This document shows, in pieces, positions 7,099 to 15,664 of a DNA stretch of 27,792 nucleotides. The DNA lies in the NCBI GenBank assembly GCA_903840235.1, contig CAIMFE010000192.1, forward strand, positions 1-27,792, in the 5' to 3' direction. Within the stretch, counting starts at the first letter, position 1. Every line of letters starts with the position of its first letter. The notes beneath the pieces are model-generated. The model made no database searches and was not told the DNA's origin. It saw only the letters and a list, made by a program, of their open reading frames with translations. Origin of the DNA: an uncultured Opitutia bacterium. GTDB lineage: Bacteria; Verrucomicrobiota; Verrucomicrobiia; Opitutales; UBA953. The position numbers and the translations under genes were made by a program.

Positions 7099-8463
7099 TT
7101 AAAAACCTCTGATAATATGACTAAAAACCTCCGTAGCACTGATTTGCCTAGTCGTAAGATCATTGAGGCCCGTAATAATGACCGGCCAATCTTGCGAATC
7201 TTCGGGCACTCTACCATGGGAACCCTTGAGTCGCTCACCCGATAATGGCGTGAGTTTTAATAATGCTCGGAGGCCTAAACGCTTCTTTAAAAGAAACCAG
7301 GCTACATTTAATAGAGGAAACTTGATTGTTGAATCAATCAGCAGCTCAGCTGGATCATAACCGGGCTTACGATGAATATCCACGGTCCGTGCATAATCGG
7401 GAGCCCGATCGTCGTCTAACCACCAGTAATAAGAGAACCAGGCGTTCTTTTTTGCGACGACGATAAAGTCGCCAGAGCGGTCGTGATTTATTCCAAGTTT
7501 CTTTTGCGCATCCTGGTCCAAAACTTTTTCAACTCCGTCAGTACTTTCTAAAATTTTTCTAACTTCGTCGAGCTTGCTACTGTCTTGGACAATCACGTGG
7601 GCAACCTGGTGATCAACTACGGCAAAGGCTTGAGAATTAAACGTGTCTAAAATTTCCACCCCCAACTCTTCTTTTATTCTGAGCAGTCCATGCTTTCTTA
7701 AAATACGGTTAAGCGGTATGTCGTGATTAACTTCGGTAATAGCGTACTCAGACACTATCATCACATCGACGCCTCTTTTCTCAAAGAACACAATCAAGTC
7801 ACCCACTAGATTATCAATGTCCGACCTCGCCTGACGGGCCTCGACACTCCTCGGACCAAATCTCTGCAAATCATAATCGAGGTGAGGAAGATAAACTAAA
7901 TTTAAATCGGGCTTCTGATTCTGCTCTATCCACTGAGCAGCATTAGCAATCCACTGCGATGAAGCTAAGCCGGCGGCGGGTCCCCAAAAGTTTTTAAAAG
8001 GAAATTCCCCGAGATCAGCCTTCAGAGAATTTTTGATTTCATAAGGATAGGTCGCTATATCAAAAACCTTCCCGCCATCCGCCAAATAATTAGGTCGTGG
8101 CGTGACCGAAATATCTGCCTGCGTGCCCATGTTGTACCACCAAAATAGATTAGCGATACGCAGCTTATGAGAGCGTTGATGTAATTTATCCCAAACCTTG
8201 GGGGCTTGAACGAGTCGATTGGACTGCTTCCAGAAATGGACTTCACTGAGCGCTCGATCGTACCATCCATTGCCAACAATTCCATGAACCGAGGCGCGTT
8301 CGCCGGTTAAATAATCTGATTGTGCAGTACAAGTAACTGCGGGAAATGCTGGAGAAATTTTTGCGGATGAGCCGCGCTTGGCAAATTGAGCAATACGTGG
8401 CATTTCGCCCGACTCCAAATCACGCGCAGAAAGGCCGACTACATTTAAGACAACACGGCGCAT
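7099..8463 (-). CDS. eboF: EboF, alkaline phosphatase / nucleotide pyrophosphatase family protein
   Basis: VVLNVVGLS, FPAVTCTAQSDYLTG (Thr nucleophile), HGIVGNGWYDR, VYLPHLDY, DIHRKPGYDPAEL, GSHG; position in the ebo cluster. Confidence 0.85.
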   Translation of the reverse strand: MRRVVLNVVGLSARDLESGEMPRIAQFAKRGSSAKISPAFPAVTCTAQSDYLTGERASVHGIVGNGWYDRALSEVHFWKQSNRLVQAPKVWDKLHQRSHKLRIANLFWWYNMGTQADISVTPRPNYLADGGKVFDIATYPYEIKNSLKADLGEFPFKNFWGPAAGLASSQWIANAAQWIEQNQKPDLNLVYLPHLDYDLQRFGPRSVEARQARSDIDNLVGDLIVFFEKRGVDVMIVSEYAITEVNHDIPLNRILRKHGLLRIKEELGVEILDTFNSQAFAVVDHQVAHVIVQDSSKLDEVRKILESTDGVEKVLDQDAQKKLGINHDRSGDFIVVAKKNAWFSYYWWLDDDRAPDYARTVDIHRKPGYDPAELLIDSTIKFPLLNVAWFLLKKRLGLRALLKLTPLSGERLKGSHGRVPEDSQDWPVIITGLNDLTTRQISATEVFSHIIRGF

Positions 8464-9596
8464 GACGATGAGAAGCGGTGACCGAGTTCCGCCGTAACTT
8501 TTTTAACCACCTCGCTCGACAAGCTATGAACATGGGTCGATTGCCCAATCACTGTGGGCAATATCAGGGTGAGTTGACCACCAAGATGCTCACGAAACTC
8601 TTCCAGTCCCTGCATGAGTGAGTCACCGTGGTTAATCTCTAACTCGGGTGTGTATAATTGAAAACCTAAGCGAACGAGTAAATCGATGACGCGTTCGGAT
8701 TCTGATTTAGAAAATAGACCAAGTTCTCGAGCGCAGAGCACATCAACAGCCAAACCGATAGCGACGGCTTCACCGTGTGATAGTCGGTATTTCGATAAGG
8801 TCTCACACTTGTGAGCGACCCAGTGACCCAAATCAAGTGGGCGAGACGAACCAAGCTCAAACGGATCGCCTCCTTGGGTGATGTGTAGAGCATGCAGTTC
8901 GGCAGATCGACGAATACATGCGCTGATTAAAGTTAAGTTTCCCGCAGCCAACTCGCGTGAGTCTTTTTCTAGCGACTTGAAAAATTCAGGGTCTTTTAAC
9001 AGGGCAACTTTGACGGCTTCAACTAAACCATCGCGCAGGTTTTTAGGACTAAGAGATTTCAGAAATGCGAAATCATTAATCACTGCATACGGCGGACTAA
9101 AAGTCCCTGTAAAATTCTTTTTCTGAAAAGCATTGATACCGTTTTTCACCCCCACTCCGGCGTCGGCCTGACTTAAGGTCGTTGAAGGCATACGAATTAA
9201 GCGCACGCCGCGATGGGCAATCGATGAAGCAAAGCCTGCGGCATCTAAGAGTGCACCGCCACCGATAACTAAAACATAGGAATGTCGGCAAATGGCATCC
9301 TCCTCAATCGCTGCAAGAACTGCATTCACTACGGTTTGGTCTTTTTTGCATTCCTCACCGCCCGTTAAAATAATTGGGGCTCGGGTTAACTTAATTTGAT
9401 GAGCCTTAGCATATTCAATTAGTTCCGACACCACGGCGGGCGACGTAGCTACCAAGCCCGCATCAATAATCGGTAAAACTTTAGCGACGCCCACCAGCTC
9501 TTTCAAAATAGTATTTTTAACAGCAAAGGCATTCTCCGTGAAAAAGATTTGGTGGCGGTAAGATACCACAAATGAGAGATCGAGCCGGGAATTCAT
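8445..9596 (-). CDS. eboD: EboD, 3-dehydroquinate synthase-like sugar phosphate cyclase
   Basis: GGEECK, IGGGALLDAAGFASSIAHRG, SQADAGVGVKNGIN, GHWVAHKCE, HGEAVAIG; EboD-type variant (GVGVKNGIN, FELGSSRPLDLGHW) inside the ebo cluster. Confidence 0.88.
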   Translation of the reverse strand: MNSRLDLSFVVSYRHQIFFTENAFAVKNTILKELVGVAKVLPIIDAGLVATSPAVVSELIEYAKAHQIKLTRAPIILTGGEECKKDQTVVNAVLAAIEEDAICRHSYVLVIGGGALLDAAGFASSIAHRGVRLIRMPSTTLSQADAGVGVKNGINAFQKKNFTGTFSPPYAVINDFAFLKSLSPKNLRDGLVEAVKVALLKDPEFFKSLEKDSRELAAGNLTLISACIRRSAELHALHITQGGDPFELGSSRPLDLGHWVAHKCETLSKYRLSHGEAVAIGLAVDVLCARELGLFSKSESERVIDLLVRLGFQLYTPELEINHGDSLMQGLEEFREHLGGQLTLILPTVIGQSTHVHSLSSEVVKKVTAELGHRFSSSCAVLS

Positions 9597-9619
9597 GAAA
9601 GCGTTACCTGCTTAGAGTG

Positions 9620-9659
9620 AAAGGTAGAGACACCCGAGGACAAGCCCAGTTCCACCTTT
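9620..9659 (-). other. Intercistronic stem-loop between eboC and eboD
   Basis: Minus strand AAAGGTGGA...TCTACCTTT forms a 9-bp stem with one G-U, plus weaker inner pairing (CTGGG/CCTCGG). Confidence 0.35.
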
Positions 9660-9671
9660 AAATCCAATCTA

Positions 9672-10619
9672 TTACGTGGAAGGTATGAATTTACGTAGCC
9701 AAAGGGTCGCACCAAAACAAATGGGCGGGGCGAGTAGGGCCAGCCAAGCGACTTCCTTCACTTGTATCATCGGTTCCGTTCCACAGAATGGTGCTATCAT
9801 TAATAAAACAACTCCACTCACAATGGAGTCTAAAAGTGAAAAGGCGGCGATGCGATCGGCGACTCGAGCGGAAATTCCTGCCGGTGCGGGGTGACGATAG
9901 TTAGAGAAACCTATCCAGATAGTATAGGTGATTACTGCGCCCAAACTCCAGTAAGTAAAACTTCCATAAACGAAGAGCGGTAGCGGTATTAAAAATAAAA
10001 GACGCTCAATCAAATAGGAATTTCTGTGTGGCGTGACTTCATATTTCGCCACCCAAGTAAGAGCGTAAGTATAAATTCCTAAAACTGCTGCATAAACATA
10101 AACGGTTGATGGTAACTCGTAGATGCCATGACAAGTTGCGACCACGAATCCTATAATCGGCAGTAAGGCTCTACATGCACCCATCACAACGGGAGCTAGT
10201 GGATTACCTTTATGGGCAACATCGTACCAAAGAATAAAAATAGTAAGTAGAAATGTTAATTTAAAAAATCTACCGGCGGAGAAAGCTGAAAGTGCTAATC
10301 CTAATAATAACATAATAGTGCCGACCCACTTTGCTTTTGAGCGAGAAATTAGCCCAGAAGGCAATGGACGCTCGGGGCGATTTTTACAATCCCACTCGTA
10401 ATCAAAAACGTCATTCAGAATCATTCCGCCAACGTACAGTAACGAGATTCCTAATAATAATACAAAGAATGTGCCGCTCAGCACCGACGGCACTACCACC
10501 GTCGGAGTTTGGATGACAGCAGCCATGCCTAAAAGCCAGCCCGAGATAACATTAGACCAGACCGTGGGAAGATTGGAGCACCTTGTTAATACTAACCACT
10601 GTTTGAGATTCGCATTCAT
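9672..10619 (-). CDS. eboC: EboC, UbiA-family prenyltransferase
   Basis: RCSNLPTVWSNV, GGMILNDVFDYEWDCKNRPERPLPSG (NDxxD and RPxRPxPSG motifs), YDVAHK, MGACRAL; multiple TM helices. Confidence 0.88.
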   Translation of the reverse strand: MNANLKQWLVLTRCSNLPTVWSNVISGWLLGMAAVIQTPTVVVPSVLSGTFFVLLLGISLLYVGGMILNDVFDYEWDCKNRPERPLPSGLISRSKAKWVGTIMLLLGLALSAFSAGRFFKLTFLLTIFILWYDVAHKGNPLAPVVMGACRALLPIIGFVVATCHGIYELPSTVYVYAAVLGIYTYALTWVAKYEVTPHRNSYLIERLLFLIPLPLFVYGSFTYWSLGAVITYTIWIGFSNYRHPAPAGISARVADRIAAFSLLDSIVSGVVLLMIAPFCGTEPMIQVKEVAWLALLAPPICFGATLWLRKFIPST

Positions 10620-11791
10620 TAGGTAGGTCGTACTCCGTATTGGCTAAGCTCATTCAAAACCCAGCGATACTCCGCCACTACTTGATCAGTCACATCCATC
10701 GACCTCAAAGACGGCGGTAAAACCTCCCAAGTGTAAGTTTCGATTTCAAGTTCTTTAGCTCGGCCGGGCTGACGCATAATCACGCCCAGAATTTTTTGCA
10801 GAAAATCGGTAGTATTAGAAAAGTCTTTTTCAATCGGCATCGAATGAAGCGGCAGGTGAAAATGCACCCGCAGCTCATTAAGTTTTTTCAGCGCATGCAT
10901 ATCATTTAATGCGTCGGGAATATCTTTAAAGTAGATTAGATCTCCGTTACTGGCCTTACCAATACACTGGTGCAAATAGGTGGGCTCTTGCATAGCTGCT
11001 AGTCGCTCCAAGGCGGCCTCAGTGGGATTGAGCTTCAGAGCCGAACTTAAATGATACTTTAAAATAGGTGCGCCACCTACATTAAGTTTTTCTACCGATT
11101 GAGCTGCGTCTTCATACTGTAAGGCAAAGTGACAGGTATCATAACAAACGCCTAAAAAATTATCTACCAACCCGGGTGACGCCTCCTGCCCTCTCAGCTG
11201 ATCAAAGAAATCAATCGTCTGCTGAGTATTTTCAAAATAACCCAATGGCTCAGGTTCGAGTGCTAATTGAATCGTGACGCCCGAGCGGTCACGCAAGCGC
11301 GCTAAATATTCAGCACTGTTTAATATATTTTTTTGTATTTCCTTTATTTGAGCCGACGAACGATTAAATTTTTTAAACGTAGCCGGCAATGTGCTGACTG
11401 TGCCAACGTGATTGAGCGGATTGAGAGCTGCTAATAGTTCAAAAAGTTTTTGGGTGTATTCGACGCGGCTGGGATCTGTCCAATCGGGTAAAAATACGGA
11501 CTCTTTAACCGACTGACCATGAAACGCGCCGTAAGGAAAACCGTTAATTCCTGAAACGGTGCAGTTTTCATTTTCGAGCCATTCGCGAAAAGCGTTTAGG
11601 TTTTTTTTCTGACCTAATTCATGGGCAGCCGAATGACCCAATCTCAGCCCCACGGCATAAGGTTTACTGGGACAAACTTGGTGGCTGACCTTTAAAGTGT
11701 GCGCCTGAAGATTTGAAAAAGTTTCTAACCAGCCGTCACCTCGATGAACATTGGTGCAATACGCCAAAGAATGTCCCGAGGAAAGTTGCAT
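10619..11791 (-). CDS. eboE: EboE, xylose isomerase-like TIM barrel protein
   Basis: LAYCTNVH, NGFPYGAFHGQSVKESVFLPDWT, LALEPEP, GVCYDTCHFAL, YLHQ, RVHFHLP, LEIETYTWEVLP; TAATG overlap with eboC. Confidence 0.92.
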   Translation of the reverse strand: MQLSSGHSLAYCTNVHRGDGWLETFSNLQAHTLKVSHQVCPSKPYAVGLRLGHSAAHELGQKKNLNAFREWLENENCTVSGINGFPYGAFHGQSVKESVFLPDWTDPSRVEYTQKLFELLAALNPLNHVGTVSTLPATFKKFNRSSAQIKEIQKNILNSAEYLARLRDRSGVTIQLALEPEPLGYFENTQQTIDFFDQLRGQEASPGLVDNFLGVCYDTCHFALQYEDAAQSVEKLNVGGAPILKYHLSSALKLNPTEAALERLAAMQEPTYLHQCIGKASNGDLIYFKDIPDALNDMHALKKLNELRVHFHLPLHSMPIEKDFSNTTDFLQKILGVIMRQPGRAKELEIETYTWEVLPPSLRSMDVTDQVVAEYRWVLNELSQYGVRPT

Positions 11792-11794
11792 CGG

Positions 11795-12607
11795 TTAAAT
11801 TACCTCAGGCCGAATAAATTTCTTTGATTGAGAGAGGAACTGAACTGGATTTCCAAAAATTAAGTTATCGATGGCCTGAACGGAATGACCACGACGTTTC
11901 ATTTCTAAAGCCGTCTTCGGTACGGAGAGTGGATCACTGTGACCCCAGTCACACGCACTATTAAGCCACACTCGCTGAGCGGAAATAGTTTCGACCATAT
12001 CGATGGCCCGCTGCGGGCTGGCTTTAGATTCAGGATAAAGCGTGATACCTGCCCAGAATCCTTGATCGACTACTTCCTTGAATGTGTGCTCTTCCACGTG
12101 GTCTATAATCACACGACTGGGATCAATCTTCGGATTATTTTTGAGTGCGTCTATAATCAATCTCGTGCCCTTGCGTTTATCTTCAAGGTGGGGAGTGTGC
12201 ACCAAAATCAGTTGATTGTGTTTTACAGCCAAGTCGATGTGCTCCTCTAAAATTTTAATTTCATTACGGGTATTTTTATTTAAACCGATTTCGCCAATTC
12301 CTAAAACATTCGGAGCATTTAAAAATTCAGGGATAAGCGCTAAAACCTCGCGGGCTAAGCCCATGTCATCCGACTCCTTAGGATTAATACAGAGCCAGGA
12401 GTAATGAGGGATTCCTAATTTTTGGGCGCGGGCGGGTTCGTGTTGCGTGAGTTGGCAGAAGTAATCGTAAAAGCCGTCCGCCGATTTACGATCAAAGCCT
12501 GCCCAAAAGGCGGGCTCACAAATCGCGGCGCATCCGGCCAAGGCCATTGCCTTATAATCATCAGTCGTTCGACTGACCATGTGTCCATGAGGCTCAATGT
12601 ATCGCAT
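11795..12607 (-). CDS. eboB: EboB, TatD-family metal-dependent hydrolase
   Basis: [70 protein letters not shown]. Confidence 0.9.
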   Translation of the reverse strand: MRYIEPHGHMVSRTTDDYKAMALAGCAAICEPAFWAGFDRKSADGFYDYFCQLTQHEPARAQKLGIPHYSWLCINPKESDDMGLAREVLALIPEFLNAPNVLGIGEIGLNKNTRNEIKILEEHIDLAVKHNQLILVHTPHLEDKRKGTRLIIDALKNNPKIDPSRVIIDHVEEHTFKEVVDQGFWAGITLYPESKASPQRAIDMVETISAQRVWLNSACDWGHSDPLSVPKTALEMKRRGHSVQAIDNLIFGNPVQFLSQSKKFIRPEVI

Positions 12608-12611
12608 GGGA

Positions 12612-12884
12612 TTAGAGCTGAGGCCAAACTCCAGTTGCGGCTTTCGTGTCTGATTTTTCTAAAGGTTCAGTCGTGGGGTCGCTCCATTGATTTAATATTT
12701 CAGCCACGCGATTCTTATTACCTTCGTTTAAAACTTTTAAGGCGAGGCGAAGCCCGCGAATGCGATGGTCGTCGGAGCCCGCTGAGCGATCAACGCGGTC
12801 AAGGAAGGCAGCAAGGTCTAACAATTTTGCGCGCGCATCCATAAAATGTAAGTCGGCCACTTCTTTGCGCGTTGGAGAACTCAT
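12612..12884 (-). CDS. Small hypothetical protein (90 aa), ebo-cluster associated
   Basis: Fills the gap exactly between ybjQ (0 bp) and eboB (4 bp); helical, protein-like sequence [20 protein letters not shown]...WSDPTTEP. Confidence 0.75.
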   Translation of the reverse strand: MSSPTRKEVADLHFMDARAKLLDLAAFLDRVDRSAGSDDHRIRGLRLALKVLNEGNKNRVAEILNQWSDPTTEPLEKSDTKAATGVWPQL

Positions 12885-13235
12885 TTAGGCGTTGGGTTTT
12901 ATCACGACGGCGGTACCGTAACAAATCACTTCGGTCGCACTCATCTTAACTTCAGACGCATCATAAGCAACTCCGACCACGGCATTTGCGCCAAGCGCTT
13001 GCGCGTGAGCGACCATGTGGTGATAAGCCGTTTGACGGGCCTGTTCGCACATCTCGGTCCACGCACCTATATTACCTCCGATAATATTTTTAAATCCTCC
13101 GAGTATACCTTGGGATATAGTCGGAGAGCGAACGATGATACCACGCACGATGCCCTTGTATTCGGTGATACTGTAACCTTCGACGGCAAAAGTAGTCGTT
13201 ACGATGATGGCGGGTGGAAGTGGTGGCGGAGTCAT
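12885..13235 (-). CDS. ybjQ: YbjQ / UPF0145 family protein
   Basis: IVTTTFAVEGYSITEYKGIVRG, ILGGFKNIIGG, AQALGANAVVGV, EVICYGTAV. Confidence 0.92.
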   Translation of the reverse strand: MTPPPLPPAIIVTTTFAVEGYSITEYKGIVRGIIVRSPTISQGILGGFKNIIGGNIGAWTEMCEQARQTAYHHMVAHAQALGANAVVGVAYDASEVKMSATEVICYGTAVVIKPNA

Positions 13236-13249
13236 GTTTTAAAGTAAAA

Positions 13250-14116
13250 TTAAAAAAGAAGTTGCGGATAATGGGGAAACACAGGATCGCGCATTTCCGA
13301 GTTTATTAAAGAAGGCCAAACAAACAACTTACCTCCTAGGTTTTTAATTCCTTTATTAAAGTGAACATGTTCGCAAATCATGCGTCGACCGATCTTAAAT
13401 GATCCATCCTGAGATGGCAGTGATTTTATTTTCGAGCCCAAGTAGGGATTGGGATTTTTTAAAATATAGTTCATCCGATAAATCCCCAGTCCACCAAATG
13501 CTGAGTCTACCTCAAAAGGCTTCTGGGATGGCGAAAATGAATGAACTCTCTTTTTAAAAGTTTGGTTAAAGGCCTCCTCGTCAGTGACTTCAGGATGAGC
13601 AGCTTTGTAATCCATTACTTCCTCCCAGGCGTCACCCGGACAATAGTCTTTGTGACGAAACGCCCAAACATCATAATAAGAGCCCAGTTGATTTGCAAAA
13701 ACTGCAGCGGCCTGGGGATCAGAATCAATAAATTTAATCGCTTTATCGAGCTCGCTTATATCAACCGGCCAAGTCGCCATATCATCCATATCAATTAAAA
13801 TGGCGTAGTCGTATTCTTTGAAATTTTGATGATTACGTAAACATTCCACATAAGCGTTTCGTAAAATTTCTAATTTAACCGTTCGCACGCCGACACCGTT
13901 CAATCCGTCAAAATTCAGTAAGGTAAAATTTGCCCGATTATTTCCCCACGCAGTGAGAATAGCCTTAGTATTGTCAGTGGAATCATTTTCGAGAAACAAG
14001 AAGGCCGACGAAGATGCCAGGGTGGCCATATTATCGATATTTCTTAGTGCCGCAGGCAGATGTTGGGCACAGTTTTGCGCCAAACCGATAAAAACAATTT
14101 TAGGCTTAGTTTCCAT
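13250..14116 (-). CDS. GT-A fold glycosyltransferase-like protein resembling the CAP59/cryptococcal mannosyltransferase family
   Basis: IVFIGLAQNC, FLENDSTDNT, LRNAY, DxD-type IDMDD, YYDVWAFR, EVDSAFGGLGIY, CEHVHF. Confidence 0.7.
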   Translation of the reverse strand: METKPKIVFIGLAQNCAQHLPAALRNIDNMATLASSSAFLFLENDSTDNTKAILTAWGNNRANFTLLNFDGLNGVGVRTVKLEILRNAYVECLRNHQNFKEYDYAILIDMDDMATWPVDISELDKAIKFIDSDPQAAAVFANQLGSYYDVWAFRHKDYCPGDAWEEVMDYKAAHPEVTDEEAFNQTFKKRVHSFSPSQKPFEVDSAFGGLGIYRMNYILKNPNPYLGSKIKSLPSQDGSFKIGRRMICEHVHFNKGIKNLGGKLFVWPSLINSEMRDPVFPHYPQLLF

Positions 14117-14130
14117 GAATCTATGAAATT

Positions 14131-14159
14131 GTTCTAAGCCCCTTAAATCTATTGGTCAA
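14131..14159 (-). promoter_or_regulatory. Putative sigma70-type promoter for the glycosyltransferase-ybjQ-ebo run
   Basis: Minus strand TTGACC (14159-14154), exactly 17 nt spacer, TAGAAC (14136-14131), 14 nt upstream of the ATG at 14116. The -10 lacks the conserved final T. Confidence 0.45.
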
Positions 14160-14181
14160 GCCACGCCCCCACGGAGAAGCT

Positions 14182-14646
14182 CTACTTGGAATCTTTTTGA
14201 AATTCTTCCGCCGTCCAAGGTGTTTTACGATCCGCATATTTTGCTTTAATCGCCTTAACCTCATCCTCGGTAACGACTGCGCCAGAGTTGCCAAATGAAT
14301 TACTTACATAGGTGACTACATCAGCAATATCACCATCACTTAATCCGGCGACTGGCGGCATCATACTATTATAGGTGGTGCCTTTAACTGACACCGGACC
14401 AGTCATTCCATGTAAAATATTTCGTACGGCGACTGAAGGACCCATTGCAACCCACTCCGAGCCAGCTAACGGAGGAAATACGGGAGGAATGCCTAGGCCT
14501 GTCGGCTGGTGACAAGCAATACAGGTGCGGCTATAAACAGCCTGTCCGCGCTTCATCACTTCCGGTGATGGCGGATTCTTGTCTTCAGCATTAGCCATCA
14601 CCGAAAGGGCCAGAAGAAAAGTGAGGCTTAAAACTTTGTGATTCAT
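14182..14646 (-). CDS. Periplasmic monoheme cytochrome c
   Basis: Signal peptide (MNHKVLSLTFLLALSVMANA), CIACH heme motif, GIPPVFPPLAGSEW, axial Met region YNSMMPP. ATG at 14646 is preferred over GTG at 14679. Confidence 0.9.
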   Translation of the reverse strand: MNHKVLSLTFLLALSVMANAEDKNPPSPEVMKRGQAVYSRTCIACHQPTGLGIPPVFPPLAGSEWVAMGPSVAVRNILHGMTGPVSVKGTTYNSMMPPVAGLSDGDIADVVTYVSNSFGNSGAVVTEDEVKAIKAKYADRKTPWTAEEFQKDSK

Positions 14647-14831
14647 GATATAACCCAAAGAGTGAATTGCCGTTTTCACAAACCAATCCCGCAGTCTTAT
14701 TTTAGAAATGCGGCGTTTTAATTCAGCGGCTAAGCGTGGCTTATAGCTAAATAGTACTTAAAATACTTGCGGCTCGGGCGATTTAGTTAAAAAATCCATT
14801 AAATTAAAGGTTTTAAAGAGTCACCTCTTGT

Positions 14832-15590
14832 ATGAAAACGACATTTAACCCCGAACTCGCGCTGAAGAAAATAGATCTTAAAGGCGTGATAGGTATTTTT
14901 GATTATCTTCCCGGGGTCATGTTTTTTGCCAAAGATTTAGAGGGACGATTTATTATGGCCAACCAGGCGTTTGCAGCGCGCTTTGGTTTCAAAAATATTC
15001 AGGAAGTTTTAGGGAAGAACGACACCGACACCTGTTCCTCGCCCGAACTCATTTCGCACTATATCAAAAAAGATCGCGAAGTGATTGAATCAGGAAAACC
15101 GCAGTTGGGGATCATTGAATTGTTTCCTAATGAAAACGGAGAACATGTTTGGTACGAGACCACTAAAATTCCCCTGTGGGATACGGAGGGAAAAGTCTGC
15201 GGAGTTTGCGGAATTATTAAAAGTTACGAAGGCACCAAGGCCTCGATTGAGCCCTATTTACAGGTTGAACGTGCAGCTGAATGCATTAAGCAAAATCTAA
15301 CCAATCGACTTGATATCGATAAAATTTCCAAACTCTCGGGACTTTCGGTGAGACAGTTTGAAAGAAAATTTCGCAAGGCCTATCAGGTAAGTCCGCGCGG
15401 CTATTTAGTACGCATGAGAGTGGCGGCAGCGTCAGATTTATTAAAAAATACTGACTTAAGGCCTTCGGAAATCGCTGAAAAAACAGGGTTTTACGACGCG
15501 AGCGACTTTTCCAGAAAATTCAAAGCCGCGATGAAACTCAGCCCCACGGAATATCGAAGACAGCAAATGATTGAAAATAAAGGGGGATAA
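14832..15590 (+). CDS. PAS-domain AraC-family transcriptional regulator
   Basis: N-terminal PAS (FFAKDLEGRFIMANQAF...GKNDTD...ETTKIPL) and C-terminal AraC HTH (SGLSVRQFERKF...IAEKTGFYDASDFSRKFK). Confidence 0.92.
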   Translation: MKTTFNPELALKKIDLKGVIGIFDYLPGVMFFAKDLEGRFIMANQAFAARFGFKNIQEVLGKNDTDTCSSPELISHYIKKDREVIESGKPQLGIIELFPNENGEHVWYETTKIPLWDTEGKVCGVCGIIKSYEGTKASIEPYLQVERAAECIKQNLTNRLDIDKISKLSGLSVRQFERKFRKAYQVSPRGYLVRMRVAAASDLLKNTDLRPSEIAEKTGFYDASDFSRKFKAAMKLSPTEYRRQQMIENKGG

Positions 15591-15620
15591 ATCGGAGGGC
15601 TGGCTAACCCGCTCGACAGA

Positions 15621-15632
15621 GAAAATATTTTC
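15621..15632. promoter_or_regulatory. 12-bp palindrome GAAAATATTTTC upstream of the MFS gene
   Basis: Perfect palindrome in the 74-bp AraC-MFS gap; it is AT-rich and could be chance. Confidence 0.25.
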
Positions 15633-15664
15633 CTTATTAGTAACTGCGTACCCCTACCCTAACT

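Noticed and set aside
8445-9596. Calling this gene aroB of the shikimate pathway
   Set aside because: It sits inside an ebo cluster and has EboD-type motifs; no aro genes are nearby.
12422-12844. 140-aa plus-strand ORF and other antisense ORFs across the ebo, fucosidase and gsp genes
   Set aside because: They overlap well-supported genes on the opposite strand and show no recognisable motifs.
13224-13231. TGGCGGAG matching the tRNA-Ser 3' end as a possible att site
   Set aside because: Only about 8 bp, lies inside ybjQ codons, expected by chance; no integrase present.
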